Shown here piece after piece: positions 27,821-41,080 of a stretch of DNA of 64,000 nucleotides (position 1 is its first letter; every line of letters begins with the position of its first letter). Made by a program: the position numbers and the translations under genes. The notes under the pieces are model-generated. The model worked only from the letters and a program-made list of their open reading frames with translations. It did no database searches and had not been told where the DNA came from. Source of the DNA: Camelus dromedarius (lineage: Eukaryota). The stretch covers positions 83,702,001 through 83,766,000 of the forward strand of contig NC_087437.1 of NCBI RefSeq assembly GCF_036321535.1. The letters are read 5' to 3'.

Positions 27821-28029
27821 ATCTAATACAATGATCACCCATATATCTACAACTTGACTTTAAAAATATGGTATTTCTCTATCAGGTTTCTTGATTGTGG
27901 TGATGGTTTCATAGGTGTATACATCTATTAAAGCCCCAGGGGTTCCTCTTCCAGATCTCATTTCTTCCCCTAACAACCACACCTGGTACCTCCTACTCTG
28001 AAATCACTCTCATGCATTCTGTTTTATAT

Positions 28030-28955
28030 TCCCCGCAGAGTTGTCCAGGTCAGAGGCAAGAGTGCTGAAGCCTTTATACCCTTGTCTCTGCCAGTGCCAG
28101 TTACAGGTCCAAGACTGTCCCTGGTGGGTTGTGAATCTCAAGTTGCTTCCCAGGTCTTTTTACTTGTAGGCAAAGTAGGTGCCAGCAGTCTTTAGGGGAG
28201 TTTTCTCATAAAGTCCCAGGTACTGTCTGCTGGAGTAAATGTGTAACTGATCCTAGTGAGACTTCCCAGGACAAACCCCACCCCAACCTCATGTCCTCTG
28301 CCTATAGTTTTTGTAGGAAAACTTTAGCCTCCAGGCCTTCACTGAGTTCCAAAGAATAAATTTAATCAGAGAAGTGAGAAAATGCAGAAGCAAAGAAAAA
28401 CAGCCAAGCAAGACAAAATAATAGTAGTTTAGCCATTAAACAAAGTGAAGGACTTTTACTTCCTTCTCAAGGACTACAGATAATATTCTGAGTCATAGCC
28501 TTTGAACTATTTTGCAGATACTGAAACCCCCACCAAGGGGAAGAAGTTAACTGCATAATGACCACATGCACTTAGACCCCAGACCATTGGAACCAGAAGG
28601 TTGATGATACTGACTCTGGATTACCGCACCACCAATCCACTAGAAAGAAAGTCCACGAGCTGATCGTGTACCCCACAGGCCTCTCTCTCACCCTGTCTTT
28701 AAAAACCTTTCCCTAAAAGCCTTTGGAGGGTTTGGGTATTTTTGAGCATTAGCTGCCTGAACTCCTTATTTGGTACCTGCAATAAATGCTGCACTTTCCT
28801 TCACCGCAACCAGGTGTCAGTATATTGGCTTTACTGCACACAGGCAAATACACTCAAGTTCACTTCAGTAAGAAATGCATATTAGGGGCCTGTGTACATA
28901 ACAATGGTGAAGGGAGGTAAGAAATACAGGAAGCCCAGTGTTAATGTACGCTACC
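28030..28955. mobile_element. Old ERVL-type LTR (LTR40/41-like) interrupted by a younger LTR
   Basis: gttgtccaggtcagaggcaagagtgctgaagcctttatacccttg...gcagtctttaggggag, resuming after 28877 as ...atggtgaagggagg...cgctac. Confidence 0.5.
28242..28873 (+). mobile_element. ERV1-type solo LTR (632 bp)
   Basis: Imperfect inverted ends tgtaactga...tcagtaaga with a 4-bp TSD aatg (28238-28241 / 28874-28877). TATA-like tttaaaa near 28698 and aataaa near 28780. Confidence 0.85.
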
Positions 28956-30194
28956 TCTCCCATCATATGGATACACCATACTTAATCTATTTTCCTGTTG
29001 GTGGACATTTAATTCAAGTGAGTATTTCATTTGTTCCAGTTTTTAAGAGTAGATGCTAAGACTACCATAAAAAATAAGCATTCCTTAAAGATTTATTTTA
29101 TTTTGCAATTCAAGAAAAAAAGTCTCCCATGAAGTCCCCCTCTATGAGAAATCAGCTGAAGGGGTGGAAGACTGTTTGTTCTGGACTATCAGAGAGGAAG
29201 GGGGCTGGGAGATGAGCTAGAACCCCTTCTCACAGAGGGCAACTCGTTTCGATGCCTTAGGTTTGGATGCTGCAAGTGAGAGCTCCTTGCTGCAGTTGTG
29301 GGCAGGGTCTGTGTCCCGGCCTCCTAAGATATCCTCAACAAAGAAGAATCTTCCATTTCCCAGGGCACTGTCAAATCCTTTAAAGTTCCATTTTATATCT
29401 TGCTTAATTCTTGGTTACTCTGTTATGTTTTAAAACATGTTTCACCTTTACTGTCTTTTTTCTTACTCATTTAATTAATATTTAATTTTTTTAAAGTTAT
29501 AAAAAATTTTTATTTTAGGTGGGAATCAGAGGAGATATTTGTAAAACGAGACAGGCTGACTGCCCAAGCCCAGTGCAAAAGAGGCTTGATATCTCTTCCT
29601 CCTTCCTTATCTCCCTCCTCTCCCCACTCCCTCAGCTGTTAAATTTTGAGGTACTAAAGAGATCTCTGTTTCTTATTTGAGCCCTGGATTGTCTCCAAGA
29701 CATAAAAGGAAGTCCTGTGGGACAGGACAGCAGCCTAAATCATACATACATAATACTTTTGACATCTTGACATACACTAGGGGAGAAGCATCGTTCTCTA
29801 CCCAAAGAGCAAGTTACTTTTCACAAATTTGCCAAGAAGCAGTGCTGATTTTGTTCACGCAGCTCATGAACTATGTATCAAAGACTACAGGGACATCTAT
29901 GAGAGAAAATCCAACTGTGTAAACCTCCAACTTGAGCACACTTATTTGAGCCACAAAGAGGAACTGTAAAAGATGTGACTGGGTAGCATTGCTTAAGGAG
30001 GACCCTTCAAATGAACGCAAACCTCGTCACAACTTTAATTTTAGGATTCTTTTACTCAAGTATTAAAATTTCCCCTTAAATGCCTTGGTTGAAAGATAAA
30101 CAACCAACACACAACCACCACCACAGAAAAAGCAGGTCTTTCAGGGTAAAATTTTACACATCTCCTAGTTTTCAGCTCTTAAGGATTTGGTTAG

Positions 30195-30567
30195 TGTGAT
30201 GGACTGAATGTTTATGTCCCTGCAAAAATCATATGTTGAAACCCTACCCTTCAATGTGACGGTATTCAGAGGTGGGGACTTAGGGGGGTTATTAGGTTTG
30301 GATGAGGTCATGAGGGTGGGGTCCTCATGATGCAGTTAGTGTCCTGATAAGAAGCAGAGGGATCAGAGTTCTCTTTCTCTTTTCATCATGTGAGGACACA
30401 GTGAGAGGGTAGCTGCAAACCAGGAAGAGAGTTCTCACCAGGGAACTGAATAAGCCAGAACCCTGATGTTGGGCTTTCAGCCTTCAGAACTGGGAGAAAT
30501 GAATTCATACTGTTGAAGCCATGCAGTCTATGTTGTTTTGTTATAGCAGCCCAAACTGACTAAGAGA
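30195..30567 (+). mobile_element. MaLR solo LTR (MLT1A-like), full length
   Basis: tgtgatggactgaatgtttatgtccc...gatgaggtcatgagggtggggtcctcatgatg...tttgttatagcagcccaaactgactaaga, with a perfect 5-bp TSD gttag (30190-30194 / 30568-30572). Confidence 0.92.
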
Positions 30568-33500
30568 GTTAGGTTGAGAAAATTTCTGATAAGTGTTTTA
30601 GATTGGATGTCTGAAAACCTGATTATATACTTAAAGACTGTAGAATGGACAGCTTAAAAATCAAAGTTTCATGAACTAGAAAATGTCTCGGTCATAGTTC
30701 CTCGTCCATCATAAACTCCAATGTTCTATCAAGTTTCTTTAGTGTTTGTAGCCAGTGGAAGGACTCTGGAACTATGTTAAAATCTTTCTTAGGATGAACA
30801 TGGGGGCTTGAGACACTTACAAGTAAGCTGAACAACATTAGGGGGCTCAGTCTTTACAATTCCTTTTGCTCTGAATTTCTTTTGATAATATTGTACCAAA
30901 AAAAATCTTTATCAATATTTCCCATTTCTATGAAAAATGCAGTGCATAGTATGAGGACTTGGAAAGAGACTGGCGGTGCTATGGCATGATGCAGAGACAT
31001 GTTATTTCTGGATTTACAAAGCCAGCAGGAAACTAGTATTTTCCACTTTACTAAAGGAAGTAACTCATCTTAGAATTAAAGTGAAAAAGGACTGCCCTTA
31101 ACATGAACTTTGAGCAAGTGTACTGATAGAAATGATAAGCATTAGAAAGGTGTCATTGAAAACTGGAAAAAGAATTCAGATTAGGCCAAAATAGATCACT
31201 GTCTTGGACACTTTTCTACAAATTTTGACTGAGAAGAAATTGGAATTTAATATTAATATGTTATTTTCTTGTATGTTGAGCAGATCTATGGTTAATTTAA
31301 TATCTGGTAAAATGTATTTTGTTTTATTTTCATAACACAGGTTCAGGCTATTTTGAGTCATCCTTTGGTCATCCCCACGAACCCAGAACTGAAGAACTGT
31401 CCAGATACTGTCATCTATTGATATCTACTGGTAGAGCCTCTGAGACTGTGACAACTAAGATTCTGGGCCAGTACAAGTAAAATCAGGCAAGGAGTACACC
31501 TTACAGAATGCTGCTTTAGTGGGGCATATTTTTGTCACGCTGTGCCACATTCATATTTTATTTTTGTTTTCCTTATTTTTGTTTATTTATCTCTTGTAAA
31601 TTGTGGCATATGTCACTTATCCTCTCTTCTATCTCGGATTGTTCTCGGCAAGCTATATTCAATCTACGTAGAGTGAAGAACAAGGGACTTTATAGTCTGG
31701 TCTCAACACCTTTTGAAATACAAAGTTCAGGTCATTTCCTGCCAATGTGAATGGCAGGATGACTGCAATTTAGACAGTGGAGGGACGTGAGTTTTAAAAA
31801 ATACTTTCATTAGAAATGTGATCTAGATTAACCTCAAAAATTCAAAGCTAGAAAACTAGTAAAAATGAATATATAGTGATATTTTAAAAAATCAAGAGAA
31901 CAGTACAAAATACCAAAGGGAGTACAATGAATGATATCTTAAGATTGTTTTTATAATCCTCTTTCTGTCAATGTTTTATAAGCTTTCAAGAGTAGGAATT
32001 AAAAAGAAGAATAGCCGGAAACAGATTTCAAAATATCACAGAAAATGTTCTGCTTTGTTCTTGAAACTTCCTTATATTCTCTTATTTTAGGATGAGGAAA
32101 ATAAACATTTACAAATAGTTTTCCACATGCTCTTACGAGGTGCTAAATTGGCTTATATTTTTCTGCGCTGTTTACAACACTTGAATAAATTTGTAATAGT
32201 TTTAGTGGGTCAGGGGAAATTGGACAAATGTGGTCTAAATTCTATGGTAATATAACCTGTGTATAATCTCTAGTAATGCTGGAAAATAATTTTGAATTGT
32301 TTTATTCAAAATTAATTTATGTATTACCACCCTCATATCCAAAATAAATTTGGGAAAACATATCCATAAAATAAGTATCATTTATTTTTCAAACTAGTGT
32401 CTGCAATTGCTATTATTATTTCTGGTAATTTTCCTGATACAACAGAAAATCCACTGGAATAGTTTGTATTTCAGTATTCTTCTCTGACAACCCTTGAGAA
32501 TTTCTCTCTTCATTAATTAGGGCTTTATCAGGTTGCTGAATTTTATCTACCCTTTTTTCCACTTATTTGTATCAATTATATATAAGCACTGAGACCAAAT
32601 CTGTAGAATCTCATTGCCTTAAATCTTCCAAGATCATGGTTGCCCTCTTGCCCTTTAAGACATCCTCAAGGCCTCTTAGATGTTCTCAGAACTATGAGTT
32701 TCATTTATACACACAAAAACTTAGCATTGGCATTTAAAAATGTCAATGAAAAGTCTGCATGTTTTATTTTCTTTTCCAATAAGTTTCTCTCTACTTCTTT
32801 CTGTCTTCAACCCGATTTGTTTTAAAGATGCTGCTTTCACTTACTTTAACAATTCCTTTTTCTGACTTTACATTTGATCTTCTCACTGGGATTATGTTTC
32901 CATTTATACCTTAAATTTCATAGGTAATAACACCAACTAAATCTTTTTAAAGTCCAATATTGGAATCCCAATATAAATTTGAGTAACTTCTCAGTTTGAA
33001 TATTAGGAATCAGTTTTCTCTGATCCTTCCTTCTATCTTAGGAGTAAATAGTTTAAAGTCATTAAGCTTTAATAAATAACATGTAAGTAAAATCCTTGTG
33101 GCTCAGGGCTTATTAAGATGTATATCTTCTATCTCAGACAATAATAAACTAAGAAAAACAAAGTTACTCTTCCTTGGTTTCCAGAAACCTTTTCAAACGT
33201 CCTGTGTCCCATTCATTCACTACAAGGGGGCATATCTGTACAAGTGTATAAAGACCGCGTGGTAGCATTTTGTGATGATTACACAAAGGTTTAGTTTTGT
33301 TTTATTTTGTTTTGTTTTATCATGCTTTTGTGTATTTTTTCCCTCTAGTATGTATAGATTTTATAAAGTGATCCTAATACTACCATATTTTCTAATGTTG
33401 AGTGTGGAGAATGAATTTCATTTTAGAACCAGAAGATGTATTCTAGGTCAGACTCTAGAAACTGCAATTCCAGCAGTTTCTGCTATTTCCCATCAGACAT

Positions 33501-34219
33501 ATTGGAGTTCAAGCAAAGTCTAATCATGTCCAAGTATCCTGAAACCCTATCAACTTTAGAGATATTAAGCATTCAATGGCATAATCTGAAATATACATAA
33601 TTATTTTAAGACTCAGAGAAAATTCAGCACCTGGGGCAACTAAATGACTTTGCTGAGCAAAGTTATTTATGTTTGGCCACAGATTATATTTATATCATAG
33701 TTTAAAGTACTTTCACAAAATTTTACAGGTCTTTTACAAGTGCCTAGAGAGGGGCATACATTTCTGTATTAGTCAATATTGGAGGAAAATGACCATCACA
33801 GATAACTTACACCAAAGAAACTGCATGAAAGTAGCAAAGCAGAGACTCCTGAAGCCATCAAAACAATGGTAACACCAGAATAAAAAATTGACATCGGGGC
33901 TAACAATTTCCCTCTTTAGTTAGTAAGCATGTTTTACACTGAAAACTATCTTCTGTGAGAAAATGAAAACAAAATACTTGGGCTACACGGAACACTTATT
34001 TGAAGAATAACATCAGAGAGGCAATTACTTTTTGTTGCACAGTGTAGTCTCTCCATGTGAGCAAAACAAGTCTAACTTTCCATTGTCCATGCCACTCACC
34101 TCCCCTCCTCTCCCACGCACCTTCCCACTGTACTGACAAATCTTTTACCTGCCTGTGATTTCTGTTTTATTTAAGGCTGGAGGAGGAAATAACTGGTTAT
34201 GTGTCTAGATTACATTAAG

Positions 34220-34410
34220 GCAGTTAATCAAGATGAGGCCTTTAGATTGCCTGTTTCACAGCCACCTGGGTGTTTACTGAAAACCCAGATTTCCAGATCA
34301 TACCTTGCTACTCCTCCCCCAGACCTACTGAATGAAAATTAATCTCTGGGGCTGAAAACTGGGAATCTGTATTTTAAATAAGTGCCTTAGGTGATTTTTA
34401 ATACTGTTCA
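34220..34410. mobile_element. MER5-like hAT element
   Basis: cacctgggtgtttactgaaaacccagatttccag...cccagacctactgaatgaaaa...gggaatctgtattttaaataagtgccttaggtgatt. Confidence 0.75.
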
Positions 34411-36559
34411 TCTCAATAGCAGCTGTAATCTATACTTAATCTTACTTATTATCTTGTCGGTTATTGTAACATTTTTATAGAATGGAAAGTTTTATCAAAT
34501 CTATTCAAGATGCAGAAACTGAGGCGTAAGGATTTTAAATTGCTGATTGACGTTTGTTCACTGGATGATGGCCAGACTGAAATTAAAATCTGAGCCCCAT
34601 GTATACAACCCACTATTTTTTTTTTTGCCATATTATGTTATAGTGTTTTCTCCATTACTTAGTGATTCCATCTACATATTGGCCTATTGCAATGCCCTCA
34701 TTATGAAATTCTATAGAGGGTGAGGCAAAGATGAGAGTATAACAGCTTACCTCTTATCTTTGTTAGCTATTAATTTCTATGAAGAAAACTTGGATGTATT
34801 GAATTTATGCTTTTCTTTTAGTAGCAATTATTTCTAAAAGCAAATGTATTTGCAACTTAACTAGGAACAACCATAAAACTTTCCTAAAAAAAGCAATCTG
34901 AGCCCATAGAAAAATACATGCTATAAACACTCACATTAAAAATGTTGCCTTCCCTTAAAGAGAGTTTACTTTTACAGCATGTATGAAAAATAAAACTTGG
35001 AACCACTGAAAAGAACAAGGTAATGATTCAGTTTCTATAAAAAGAAGAGAATTAAGGATTAGAATGTGTTAGGACCTAAATTATGCAATATATACAGGCA
35101 AGAGTAATCTAGAAAACATTATCTTTATGTATAATTCATTTAGCAGCTGCCTATTTGTAACACATATTATACACTGATTAAGAGCATGGTTAAACAACTG
35201 AATAATGTGCATGCTTCATATAATAATACCCTGTTCTTACTGCAAGTTTGAAGAAGCAGAACTAGGTATAGTGAAACTCTGTTCATGTTAATTAGAACAG
35301 GTCATGATCTGAATATACGATAATATTGATGGATTATAGATGCATTCAGAGCTGTTCCTTGCAGAGAGAAAGGTCCAAGTGAGAGTTTAGGGAAAGTTCC
35401 TTGCAGTTACCTTTTCAGTGACCTCTTTTTGCTTTCCTGTAATGAGCCATGGCTGCAAATGCTGGCCCTATGAAAACCTGATTGGTAAGTGGCTAGCATA
35501 AACCAACCAAGGAATAGACAGGTGAGAAAATGGGGGAAAGTATTTATTTCATGACAAGGATGCTAATACATTTTTGAATGTTTGGAATTCAGTTTTATGT
35601 CTTTTAAAAGTACACTTCAAAATTCCGTAGCATTTTCTCTAGCTTTTGATCTCCTAACGATTGTTTACAGCTTGGAAAACTTGATGACTGTGGGGCTTAA
35701 TGGTAGGCCCTGCGGTGACAACGAGGGATAGGTATTGAATTTGAATCTGTGGAAGAATCTGAGGATTCTTGGAATATTGCCCAGAATTCCATTAAAAAAA
35801 TCAGTAATGGTAATGTTCATTTCCTTAATCTCTTCATCTTTCATTTAAAAATAACTGTTGCCCAGCGAAATGACCTCCAGCCATCTTTTTGATTACAGAA
35901 GTCATATTAAAACAATCAAACATGTTGTTTATTCACTGACTAATACCAGGGAGAAGAATTTTTAAATATACTGATCAGAAGGATATCTTGGAACTCTGCC
36001 AAGAGCTATTTCTCTCTATTTTTATAACATACACTGTTTTCTTTCTCTTATCAAGAAAGTAAAATATTCATTGCAGAATAATTTTAAAAGTTCGGTAAGT
36101 AAAAGGAAAAAACATTTTGAGTTACATGTGCGTTCGTGATATATCTCACCAAAGACTAAGAGATCATTCTCTTTATTTCTCAGTCTTCAAAGACTTTCAG
36201 CTACAGTCATTTGTTACCTTGTGCACGGGTCTCAGAGGTGAGAGACAGAAGGAAGTTTGCATATGATAGAAGAGAATTTGCAGTGGGAAGTATCAGAAGA
36301 GAAGGAGGAAGATTCAATCGTGGAACAGACACTTTCCTTTAACAATGTCATTACAGCAATAATAATTGACATCGTTTCCTTTGTAACAGCCATGTGACTT
36401 GAGCATATCACTTAATTTCTTTGGACCTCAACTTCCTTATTTAAAAAAATTATAAATACATAAATACACACACACACTCTCACATATCTTGGTGGACCTA
36501 CTGACACAAGATATCCCAAGTCTCTTCACCACTCTTCATTTTTTTTTTTTTTTTTTATT

Positions 36560-37235
36560 ACCACCTTACAACAAGCTACTATCATTTCCTGTCTAGCATG
36601 GTGCAAATGGATCTTTTGCTCTCTCTGTTTGACCCTCTACAATTCATTCTCAACATATCAGGCACGGTAAGCTCTTAAAAACACAAGTTCTATTATGTCA
36701 CCAATTGCTTAAAATCTTCCAATGGCTTCATTTTAGTTACTCTACTCCATTCCATGAACTTTGAATTTCTGCAAGATCTGGCCCCTCAGTCCTAGTTTCC
36801 TCCCACCCTCTCTGATCTCTCAGTCTGCCAACCATCCTGGCCTTACTCCTACTATAAAATATGCCAAGCTTGTTCCCATTTCCAAGCTATGCCTTCCAAG
36901 GTAGCTCCTCAGTTTGATTTTTCATGTTTTTATTTTATATCCAGAAATTATTACCATCTAAGATTGAGATTCCTTTTTCTCTTTTTTAAACTTTATTTAT
37001 TATCTTTAGTCCCACTGTACTCAAGGCTTTAAACTCCTTAATAAAAGTTTGTTTACTGGAATATCTCCAATGTCCAGAACCGTGTGTAGCACAGAAAGGC
37101 ACTCAACACACGTGTGTTGTGCAGAATCTCAGATTATAATTACACATGATTATTTAATGTTGGTCTTCTCCTCACGTTTTTTATCTCCAACTTAGCACCT
37201 AATAATACTAAGAAACACATGTTAAATGAATAAAT
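36560..37235 (+). mobile_element. L2 3' fragments
   Basis: ttgcttaaaatcttccaatggcttca; tatctccaatgtccagaaccgtgtgtagcacagaaaggcactcaa. Confidence 0.7.
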
Positions 37236-40200
37236 TATGATTACAGAATCCTCAAACCTACATTTACAGTCTGCTTAGATAATCTAGTCAGATGTGTATG
37301 ACTAAGGTGATATTTTACTTCAACTAATCTTTTCATTTTTTAATGTATACTATCTATTAATCTGGAAGCTTTCTCATGTGTTGATTACTGTATCAGAATG
37401 TCTTCAGATACAAGTCATAGAGTCATAGACTGCACAATTTTCAGGAGCTTAAGTAAATAAAGTGTTTAATTAAATTACAAACAACTAACTGGAGTAAGTG
37501 GTTTCTGTATTGACATAGAAATGTAACAATTTCATCAGAGAACCAGGCTCTTTGCTCTCCTACCCAGCCATCTTCAGAACTGGGTTTGCCCCTTAAGCCC
37601 CAAGAGCATGTCCTTCCAAAACTGTATTTGAGGCAATAAAGAAAAAAAAGACCAATACTAGAAAGCTCTCTATTCATGCCTATTTCTAATAGACCTCAAC
37701 ACCAAAACATTCACCAAAGTTGCCAGTCTCACTTTCCTTTGCATTTAAGTGACTGAAGTGTAGAATTTAAGTGTCAAGGGAGAACGGTATAAATGTAACT
37801 GGCTTGTATATAAATCATGATTTATTTCTTGGACCTGAGTTCATTATAAACATCCAAATACAGATTTTATTAACAAGGAAAGTATGACAAGAGAGGTCAG
37901 ATAGGCAGCTAACAGGGTCTGCCACTAACGGCACAACTAACTGATCACATTTTTCAATTTATTTGCCATTGATGTAAAGCTCTTTACAGTGGGAATGAGT
38001 AAGCTTTTTAAAGACTTTTCATGTGATTTATGCTATATTTATGTTTTCCTTTCCAGTTTCTTACTGTTAGAGGAAAAAAAGCATTTTTTTGACCTCAAAG
38101 ATGAAACTAGCAATTAAGCATTAGTAATGACTTGATTTCTTCAGATGCTATCTTTGGAACTCTAGGTCTAAAGTCAGCAACTTTGTGTACACTGTCTTAC
38201 TTTGTCTTTTTTCTGTACAAGCAAGATGGGCCAATGAACATTGTGCTTTCCACTTGCTGAACATCTGCTCATTGATCTTCCCCAGTAAACCAATTTAGTC
38301 TGGGTTTGTTCGAAAATCATTGGGAGCAGGGAGAGTAACTCTGAATTAGACAGTGTTGGATGTTGCTGAAACAAAAACAGGCAGTACTTAGTATTTCCTG
38401 TGGTTCCTGGCTAATTATCAAGGTGTATCCCAAATATCTTAAGAACTGTGACTGGTATTCGTTTTTTCCTCATTGATTCACCGTTTCATTAGACAGACTG
38501 GATGTATTTCAGATGTTTGCAGGCTTTAAAATATTACGTACTATGCGTTTTTATGAACAATTTGTCTTGGGTCTTATCCATGCACATAGGCATCTTTTTG
38601 TGCTCAAACATTGGTAGGATGTTTTCAGAGACTTTAAAACTGAATTTTTCCCTTTGTTTGTGAATACCCTGACTCATTGTTATAAATTCTTCAATGTTGT
38701 TCCATTTGCTGCTTTCTATTGTAATTTTTTCATCTCTTTATGATGCATTAAGGATTATTTTAAGCTTCTTTATTTGGTAGGTTGTGATTAACTCATCTGG
38801 TGGTTGTGAAAGTGATATCAGAGGAGAAATAAATGTAATTTTACAATGTTCTCATAGTTTCAACCACTTTCTACCATTTTCTTATTGGTGTAATTATCAG
38901 CAATTAATTAAGCTGCCGCTAAGCAGTGTATTAATCTAAATGCTGAAAAGCTTTAAAAAATGTAAAAGATAAATCTCCTGCTCTCTAGGATTCTATAAAA
39001 ATCTATAAGGATTCATGTTTTTAAGAAAAAATAAGAAAAAGAAAACTACTTGTAAGTTACCCTAAGCCTTGAGAGCTAAACAGGAAGTTTTTCAGTGACC
39101 TCTTGTCTTCAATAATGCCTCCCCACGTCTAAGGCCTTAGCGTCCTTTTTTTAAAAATGCACATTGGAAAGAGACAGGGCTTACAACTACAAAGGATATG
39201 CTTTTGTACAAGCTTTGCACAAATGATAGATGGAGATTCTCCCAAAGCATGGCTTGGCTTCTTAATGGGATGCATGACTGAAGTCGATGGTCCTCTCGAG
39301 CTTCAAGTGTTCTGATAGAGCTGTCTGTCTGCACAGTCCTTTCTACTCTGTGTTTGACAAGCTTCAAACCTTTTTCATTTATTTTACTACCAACAGCTCT
39401 GTAATGATCCCAAACCCTTGCTTCCTAAGCTTCAGAAATGAGACTTTTTTAGCAAATCACTTCTTAGATACTAATCTCCTCTAATATTGCTGATTGATTC
39501 CCATTTCCTTCTTATGCTCAAGATTTGCCACTGTCAATTCACCCAACTAGTCCACTTCAAAGAAGTCTGTGCCCTCTGACACCACTGTCCCAGACAACTG
39601 CGATGAAGATTTTGGGTCTCTCGGTCTGTGATCCAAGCTGGTATGTAGACGCTCACCTTTTGAACAATTATTGAATAGTCTTGCTCACATTCTCCTGGTT
39701 TAGTATAAAGCTTTGTTGCCCTTTCGTCTCCACTGTTGTGGATTTGCTTTCTGGCATTTGGGCTCAAAGTGTGAACTATATTCCTTAGAATATAGTTTTT
39801 ATGCATTAGGTCATTAGAATTTCCTTTACAAAAAGTTTATATTGACAAAGATAAATAAAACTGTCAGATTTTCCACTCCTGAATTAGTCCATCAAACAAA
39901 CACTTGCCGGTTCAAGGGTACTTTTTCCCTTTGAATTTAGGAAACTTAATATTGGCACATCAATTTCTTCCTCTTCAACTAATTATAATGGTCTATATAT
40001 GTGACTGAGTTTGACTGACTGCTATCATAGTATCTGTCAAGTGAGAACTGTTTTTTGGGAAGAATCATTTTGTTGTTTTCCCCAAGTGGAGCAGCTCCCG
40101 TCTCAGAGATGAATTTGGTTTATCAAGCCAGGATTTTACTGTTTTTCATTCTTCCAAGGTTTATTTGTTCGCCATCTTTTTATTGAAAAAGAAGTTACTT

Positions 40201-40799
40201 AAATCTTCACATTACAGCCTTCTGATAACACTGCTATTTTTCTCACTTTTTTCCTTTAAATTCAGGCTGCTGAATTACATTTGCCTAGAAGAAACTGTCA
40301 TTTCCTTTACCTGAATTTTTCATTGAATTTTGTGCAGAAGACTATTCTTATATTCCATTTATGCTAATGATATGTAGCTTTTGGGGGGCTCATAGGTTTC
40401 ACAGTCCTCTACCCCAGTGTCTGCCTTTGTGCCCGAAGCTGTCATACCACTTCCACTTTCTGCTTGGTTAAATCTTAAGGAACAACTGAAGTAAAAGTCA
40501 TTCTTCAGGCTGGCCCTGGTTCACCTATGCAGACTTAGTGTAAGATGCCTTCTACCACGTGGTGTATCTTATCACAGTGTCACCTCTACCGTCAATGACT
40601 TGATGGACAGTATTTTAAAAAAATTCTTACTGTGTAACTTTTTACAGTAATTCTTTTATTTAAAAGAGACAGAAGTGAGCGAAAATTCTGTGTATGTTTT
40701 ACTAGCTGGTTAAGCATCATCTCCAGGCAAATCTCAGCCATTAACAAAGTAAATTAAAGCACTTAAAGGCAGAATAGTTAAGATCCAAAATAAGTTTTA

Positions 40800-41080
40800 T
40801 CACACTTTTATTAAAAATACTTATTCTTAAAGCTGGATGTGTCTCAAGATTTAAAAATTCATGTCAAAAAAGTCAAGCTAATTTAGAAACATTTGAATTA
40901 GCAAAGGAGGAAGGTTGCTCAGATCTTCCCTCAACTTCAGAACATACATGGAAATATATGCCACTTATGCTGCTCCATTATTTGCTATAATTATCTCCAT
41001 GTTGGGTATAGATTGTGTTTCCTTAGATTGACTTCCCTCATATCTTATGTGGACTAGGGGAGGTGAAGAGTTGGAGAAGT
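40800..41080 (-). other. Candidate alternative terminal exon or its relic (counterpart of the human truncated-isoform last exon)
   Basis: Minus strand reads tttactttgcattcataag|ACT TCT CCA ACT CTT CAC CTC CCC TAG TCC ACA TAA (TSPTLHLP*ST*), versus the recalled human ending TLNLCYSA*. AATAAA at 40812-40807. Confidence 0.5.

Noticed and set aside
33623..33643. REST/NRSE-like ttcagcacctggggcaac
   Set aside because: Only the left half-site matches well; the right half deviates from GGACAG.
35412..39104. Exact 16-mer ttttcagtgacctctt at 35412 and 39089
   Set aside because: The flanks do not extend the match, and it is compatible with chance in a window this size.
39534..39806. 90-aa minus-strand ORF with a strong donor AAG|GTGAGC at 39657
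   Set aside because: No convincing upstream acceptor and no similarity to Eph sequences; isolated donor motifs are common in long introns.
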